NCBI GenBank assembly: GCA_050953885.1
Contig: JBMNNJ010000001.1
Span: forward strand, 207,437-271,436
Reading direction: 5' to 3'
Source: Patescibacteria group bacterium
GTDB taxonomy: Bacteria; Patescibacteriota; Microgenomatia; 0-14-0-10-38-17
Length of the DNA stretch: 64,000 nt
Under the pieces are notes generated by a model. That model was not told the DNA's origin and ran no database searches. It saw only the letters and a list, made by a program, of their open reading frames with translations. The translations under genes and the position numbers were made by a program. Shown in pieces: positions 59,112 through 64,000 of this stretch. The number at the start of each line of letters is the position of its first letter. The first letter of the stretch is position 1.

Positions 59112-59828
59112 TCATTTCTCCCTTAAGTCGTTCCAAAAATGACGGAATTTTACTTTTGTCTTTTGCCAAGGAGTAATTTTACCACCCTCAACCGCCACAC
59201 GAAACTCGGTATAAAAACGAGATAAGTTTTTAACCAAGTATTTAAAAAGTTCGTCTTTTCCCTTCGTTTTGCCCCGGCAAATATGCTGATGGCAACCAAC
59301 GGCCACTGTAAAAGCCGGCAGGAAAAGATTAATCTCCTCCAAATCGGCAGAGGTTAAATCTCTCCCTTTCTCTCCTGATTCAAACTCCATCATTGCTCCT
59401 CTTGCCTCCAGTTTATCTTGGCGATATTCCTCGTAGCGCATTTTAATTAATTTCTCCCAATCGGCAAGATGTTTTTTCTCAATGCCAAGATTTTTAAGAT
59501 ATCCAACATGGGCTTTGGGAATTTCGTCTCGAACCATCAGCAAATAATCACGAAATTCTTCTGGCTGTCTTATGTCGGGCGCTTCTAAGGTAAGCATGAA
59601 AAGCGTCAGGGGAGCAATGATCAACTCATTGAAAATACGATCTTTTTCTAATTGTTCCCGCTTATCAAATTCCGCTAACTTTTGAAATTTTGGGTCGTTA
59701 AACACTTTCGCCACAAAACCAATCGCCCCCTGATCAAGCATCGCCGCCGTGGCTTTGGCCATTTTAGGCAAAGAATCTGCCGAAAAGTCTTCCTTTTCAA
59801 GTTGTTCAATTTCCTCTCGGGGCTCCAT
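59112..59828 (-). CDS. Hypothetical protein (238 aa, helical)
   Basis: Long ORF filling the interval between two boundary sites. Confidence 0.75.
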   Translation of the reverse strand: MEPREEIEQLEKEDFSADSLPKMAKATAAMLDQGAIGFVAKVFNDPKFQKLAEFDKREQLEKDRIFNELIIAPLTLFMLTLEAPDIRQPEEFRDYLLMVRDEIPKAHVGYLKNLGIEKKHLADWEKLIKMRYEEYRQDKLEARGAMMEFESGEKGRDLTSADLEEINLFLPAFTVAVGCHQHICRGKTKGKDELFKYLVKNLSRFYTEFRVAVEGGKITPWQKTKVKFRHFWNDLREK

Positions 59829-59895
59829 TAACTTTATTTTAGCACCTCTTGTTGACAGCGTAAAATTTCAATATTTGGGCACTAAAAATCAAAAA

Positions 59896-59986
59896 TCCCG
59901 AGGTTTGAAGGCTCGCTAACGCCGGGAGTTTGAAGCTAAAAAAATCCCGAGGTTTGAAGCTATTTAACGCCGGGAGTTGGAAGCTA
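59896..59986. repeat. Tandem pair of cassette-boundary sites
   Basis: tcccgaggtttgaag....taacgccgggagtt.gaagcta twice. Confidence 0.85.
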
Positions 59987-60076
59987 ATTTCCTTGCTCTT
60001 GATTGTCATCTTCCGATGTGCGAAAATAGAAAAAATCAAGAAAGGGAAGAACTCTCTTAAAAGGGGGTGAGAAAAA

Positions 60077-60340
60077 ATGGCGGATGTTAAAGTTGGTAAA
60101 ATCACTCATTATTACGATAAAATCGGCGTGGCGGTTTTGGCCGTGAACGAAGCGCCGCTTAAAACAGGAGAAACAATTAAAATTACCGACAATGAAGGCA
60201 ACGAACTTTTCACCCAAGAAGTTACCTCCATGCAGGTAGAGCATCAAAATATTCCTGAAGCTAAAGTAGGCGAAGAGGTGGGGCTTAAGGTGGAGCAAGA
60301 AGTAAAAGAAGGCGACGAGGTTTATAAAGTGACGGCTTAA
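60077..60340 (+). CDS. Small translation-factor-like beta-barrel protein (U32 C-terminal-like)
   Basis: VGKITHYYDKIGVA, Q-V-SMQ, GD-VYKV; SD GGGGGTG. Confidence 0.8.
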   Translation: MADVKVGKITHYYDKIGVAVLAVNEAPLKTGETIKITDNEGNELFTQEVTSMQVEHQNIPEAKVGEEVGLKVEQEVKEGDEVYKVTA

Positions 60341-60356
60341 TTTTCTCTTTTTGAAA

Positions 60357-60752
60357 ATGAAAGTTGAAAAAGCGGAAGATGTCCGGCTTTTGGCGGAAAA
60401 AATTATTCTTTCCCTTAACTTTTCCCATATTAAAAAAGAGCGCCTTTTTTTCTACCGCAGTTTTTCCTCCAAAACTCGCGCCTTAGCTCGTATCTGGTCT
60501 TTTCCCTCCCTTTGGCAAGAAGCCCTTAATTTGCCCTCGTACTATATTATTGAGGTGGTTAGCGAAAAGTTTGATAAACTTGATCCCGAACAACAAGCCA
60601 AGGTTTTAATTCACGAACTGCTTCACATCCCCAAAACTTTTTCCGGCGCTCTCCTGCCGCACCGCACCGGCACTTTTAAACTTAGCCAGAGAACGGTTAA
60701 TAAGATGTATCAAGAATACAAAAATAAAGAGAAAGATAAAATTGATACTTAA
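60357..60752 (+). CDS. Putative metallopeptidase
   Basis: ARIW, YIIEV-SE-FD-L, HELLHIP. Confidence 0.8.
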   Translation: MKVEKAEDVRLLAEKIILSLNFSHIKKERLFFYRSFSSKTRALARIWSFPSLWQEALNLPSYYIIEVVSEKFDKLDPEQQAKVLIHELLHIPKTFSGALLPHRTGTFKLSQRTVNKMYQEYKNKEKDKIDT

Positions 60753-60799
60753 AAGCGAATTTTTTCTGTCCGTCTGGCAAAAAAATCTCAAATTCCTAT

Positions 60800-61252
60800 T
60801 TAATTCAAAATTTAAAAGTCAATCCGCCAGCTGGCGGATCAAAATTGCAAGTTAAAATTAAAAAGTAATGCAAAAAACTTTTAACTTTTGTCCGCCAGCG
60901 GGCGGATTCGTCAGAATGACAACCACGATTAGCGTCATTCTGAACTTGATTCAGAATCGTCTTAAGGAATGATTCTGACTTTCGTCAGAATGACACTTTC
61001 GTCAGGATGACAACAGCCGTGCCGTCATTCCGGACTTGATCCGGAATCGGTGTTATTGTCAGAAACGCAGATTCTGACTTTCGTCAGAATGACGGTTACG
61101 GGACGGTTACAGGAATAATTTTGTCCGCCAGCTGGCGAATTTAGTTTTGAGTTTTAACATGTAATTTTTAGTTTTGCGATTTAACATTTGAGTTTATTTA
61201 TTGTTTTTAAATTTTGATTTAGGCTTTGATATTTGATATTTGCGTTTTGATT
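60800..61252. repeat. Composite block (B, F, A array, F, B)
   Basis: A-rich heptamer arm with tccgccagctggcgga, about five A palindromes, T-rich heptamer arm. Confidence 0.9.
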
Positions 61253-61259
61253 TACCCTT

Positions 61260-61943
61260 ATGCTTACCATCATCCACGGCGAAAATGTGGTTGCCAGCCG
61301 CAATTATCTTTTAAGCCAAATTGACCAATTTAAAAAAAAGGGCCAGGAGGTGCTTTTTTTAGACGAGAAAAACTTTACCCCCGAAAATTTAGTGGCCGCT
61401 TTGGAAAAAGATCTTTTTGGCCAGCAAAAAGTCGTTGTTTTTGAATCGTTTTCCCACCTTAAACCAAACCCAAAAAAAGAAGCGACAGAAATTATCAAGC
61501 AACACCCGGAAGGAATACTTTTTCTTTGGGAGGCAAAAACCCTCCCCGCTTCTTTTTTTAAGCCTTTCCCCAAAGGCCAGGCGCGTCTTTTTAAGCCTAG
61601 CCCTATTCTTTTTCAATTCTTGGATGCCCTTTCGCCAAAAAATAAACAAAAGACTATTTTCCTTTTAGGCCAAGCTCTTAAAAAAGAAGAAACAGGTTTG
61701 GTTTTTTATTTTCTTACGCGACGAATAAGCGATTTAATTTTAATCAAAGAAAACCATGAAGAAAAAGTTTCCGCCCGACAGGCTTGGCAAAAAGAAAAAT
61801 TAAAAAAACAGGCGCAGGATTTTTCTCAAGAAAAACTCACCGATTTTCTTTGCCAACTTATTTGGCTTGATTATCAGCAAAAAAGCGGCCAGCTTTCCTA
61901 TCCTTTCGAATTTGGCCTTGAACTTTTGCTGGCAAAAATGTAA
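61260..61943 (+). CDS. holA: DNA polymerase III delta subunit-like (short)
   Basis: M--IHGEN, LFG--K-VV, LFQFLDAL, L--LD---KSG, LELLL. Confidence 0.7.
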   Translation: MLTIIHGENVVASRNYLLSQIDQFKKKGQEVLFLDEKNFTPENLVAALEKDLFGQQKVVVFESFSHLKPNPKKEATEIIKQHPEGILFLWEAKTLPASFFKPFPKGQARLFKPSPILFQFLDALSPKNKQKTIFLLGQALKKEETGLVFYFLTRRISDLILIKENHEEKVSARQAWQKEKLKKQAQDFSQEKLTDFLCQLIWLDYQQKSGQLSYPFEFGLELLLAKM

Positions 61944-61951
61944 ACTAATAA

Positions 61952-62250
61952 TTAAATTGGTATATTGTTAAACTGTTAAATTGCTATATTGCTTAAAGAC
62001 GCGAATGAGCGAGGAGTACCATTCTGACATAAACGTCATTCTGAACTTGATTCAGAATCTGCTTTGGGGATAAAGGACAGATCCTGACTTTCGTCAGGAT
62101 GACGGTTTCGTCAGAGCCTGTCCTGAATTTAATTCAGGAATGACGATTTCGTCAGGATGACGGTTTAAATTAATTTCTTAATTTTCAGCGAGCCTTGCGA
62201 GCAAATTTCTTTTAAAATTTCAATTTAACAGTTTAGCAATTTAGCAATAA
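61952..62250. repeat. Nested block: H arm > C remnant > A array < H arm
   Basis: ttaaattggtatattgttaaactgttaaattgc ... caatttaacagtttagcaatttagcaat inverted around A palindromes. Confidence 0.85.
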
Positions 62251-62255
62251 ATTTC

Positions 62256-63626
62256 GTGGTTGATCCCAACATTTTCTCCGCTTATGACCTGCGGGGAGTG
62301 GTGCCTCAGCAGTGGGACGAAAACGATGCCTACAATTTAGGTCGCGCTTTTGGCACTTTTTTTAAAAAAAGAGGAGTTAACGACTGTTATTTAGGCCGCG
62401 ATAACCGCCTCACCTCTCCTTTAATTGCCAAAAAAATAAGCCAAGGCCTGCGGGAAAGTGGCGTTGAGGTGATTAATTTGGGCATCATTATTACCCCGAT
62501 GATTTATTTTTCCTGGCACCACTTTAAGGCGCCGGCCACCATTATGGTTACCGCCAGCCATAACCCGCCGGAATATAACGGCCTCAAGGCAAGCCTTAAC
62601 CAAAAACCAATTTTTGAAAAAGATTTAGAAGAAGTAAAGAAAATTTTTCTTGAGAAAAAATTTTCCTCCGGGCAGGCAAGCGAGAAAAAAAGAGAAATCG
62701 CCCCCGCCTATATTAATTATCTTCAAGAAAATATTAAAATCACCAAAAACTTTAAGGTGGCCATTGACACCGGCAACGGCGCCGCCGGCCTTTTTACCGA
62801 AAAAATCTTTAAAAACGAGGGTTGTCAGGTGACTTCCCTTTTTGCCGAATCCGATGGTTCCTTCCCCAACCATCAACCCTATCCCCAGAAAACCGAATTT
62901 TATACCGCCTTAATCGGGGAACTTAAAAAGGGCGGCGATGATTTAGGCTTAGCTTTTGACGGCGACGGCGACCGTTTGGGTGTTTATGATTCGAGCGGCC
63001 AATTTATCGAAAACGACCTTTTAGCCGGCATTTTTGCCCGTGATATTTGCGAAAAAAATCCGGGGGCAAAAATTGTTCTTAATGTTTCGACCACCATGGT
63101 GGTTTTGGAGGCAATCGAAAAAGCCGGCGGTCAACCTTTGCTTTGGAAAACCGGCTATCCCAACATTTCCCAAAAAATGAAAGAAGCGGGAGCTCTTTTT
63201 GGCGGCGAGATAAGCGGTCATTTTTTCTTTGCCGACCGTTATTTTGGCTTTGACGACGCCGTTTACGCCACTTTAAGACTTTTGGAGTTAATCGAAGAGA
63301 AGGGGAGCCTGGAAAAATTAAAAGAAGGCTTCTCCCATTATTATCAAATCCCCGAATTTCGCTTAAGTTTACCAGCGGGGAAAAATAAATACGAATTAAT
63401 AGAAAAAATCGGTCAGTCAATTGAAAAAAATTATCCCCAAGCCGAGATTTTAACCATTGACGGCGTTCGTTTTTCTTTCCCAAACGGCTGGGGGTTAATT
63501 CGCGCTTCAAACACCGAACCGCTTCTCTCCGGCCGCGCCGAGGGAAAAACTCCCCAAGAATTGGAAAAAATCCGCGCCATTATTAATGAAGAGCTGGCAA
63601 GGGTAGGGGTAGGGGGGAGAATATGA
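62256..63626 (+). CDS. Phosphomannomutase/phosphoglucomutase
   Basis: AYDLRG, TASHNP-EYNG, FDGDGDR, GEISGH, RASNTEP. Confidence 0.95.
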   Translation: MVDPNIFSAYDLRGVVPQQWDENDAYNLGRAFGTFFKKRGVNDCYLGRDNRLTSPLIAKKISQGLRESGVEVINLGIIITPMIYFSWHHFKAPATIMVTASHNPPEYNGLKASLNQKPIFEKDLEEVKKIFLEKKFSSGQASEKKREIAPAYINYLQENIKITKNFKVAIDTGNGAAGLFTEKIFKNEGCQVTSLFAESDGSFPNHQPYPQKTEFYTALIGELKKGGDDLGLAFDGDGDRLGVYDSSGQFIENDLLAGIFARDICEKNPGAKIVLNVSTTMVVLEAIEKAGGQPLLWKTGYPNISQKMKEAGALFGGEISGHFFFADRYFGFDDAVYATLRLLELIEEKGSLEKLKEGFSHYYQIPEFRLSLPAGKNKYELIEKIGQSIEKNYPQAEILTIDGVRFSFPNGWGLIRASNTEPLLSGRAEGKTPQELEKIRAIINEELARVGVGGRI

Positions 63627-63689
63627 AAAACAATATTATTCTAAAAGCAGAGGTGAGCATCTTGCGGATAATTCAAGCTTAAGTTGAAA

Positions 63690-63885
63690 AAACTCAAAAT
63701 TCAAATCGCAAAACTCAAAACTAAAACTCAAAACTCAAATCTGGAAAAACATTTTTAAACTTTAAAAAGTTTTAACATTTGCCATGTAGTCCTGCCTTGC
63801 CGGCAGGCAGGTTTGCCATTTGCGTTTTGAGTTTTGAGATTATTTTTCGTGTTTATTCGTTTTACATTCGCGTCAATTCGTGTCT
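63690..63885. repeat. Inverted B arms with inserted cctgcc..ggcaggcagg palindrome, then C arm
   Basis: ctcaaaattcaaatcgcaaaac ... gtttgccatttgcgttttgagttttgag; attcg iterations. Confidence 0.8.
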
Positions 63886-63958
63886 TTAAACGATGAAACA
63901 ACACAGTTTTTATACTTAATACATCATACTTAACTTAATACTATATACTATTTTTCCC

Positions 63959-64000
63959 ATGCCTATCTCTCCTTATTCCCAAAAAATAAACAAGCCCTGG
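63959..64000 (+). CDS. Start of a probable cupin/mannose-6-phosphate isomerase-like protein (runs off window)
   Basis: MPISPYSQKINKPW resembles KPWG cupin start; follows PMM/PGM. Confidence 0.4.
   Translation, partial: MPISPYSQKINKPW

Noticed and set aside
63623-63682. 19-aa ORF overlapping the PMM stop
   Set aside because: Too short to support; possibly a deletion remnant.

Overview
Gene-dense, AT-rich bacterial chromosome window. It looks like Patescibacteria/CPR, probably Microgenomates; this is inferred from truncated FtsQ/MurF, few Shine-Dalgarno sites and gene content. Housekeeping content: a rearranged cell-wall/division cluster (murE-murC-murB-murA-murF-mraY-murD-ftsW-murG-ftsQ-ftsA-ftsZ), a glycosyltransferase patch, four tRNAs, polX, lemA-htpX-clpB with a CIRCE-like promoter, gatC-gatA-MFS-gatB, dnaE-rplS-yraN, aminopeptidase, zwf, holA and PMM/PGM. 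The unusual content is mostly non-coding. (1) An accessory region (34.5-43.3 kb) where nearly every gene or small operon, including MazG-RadC-DUF2075, is bounded by a conserved 12-7-12 bp palindromic site, like a cassette array, with no recombinase in the window. (2) A PaaX/Cas2-fold gene boxed by two identical 54-bp repeats, each holding a perfect 36-bp palindrome, with a frameshift at an A7 run. (3) Intergenic spacers of core operons filled with nested, polarised repeat modules of at least 6 families, some supplying stop codons or inserted in-frame in core genes. (4) A 139-bp tandem unit behind tRNA-Glu whose two ends are inverted mimics of the tRNA 3' end. No CRISPR array, transposase, integrase or reverse transcriptase was recognised. 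All calls are by eye from motifs; no database searches were run.
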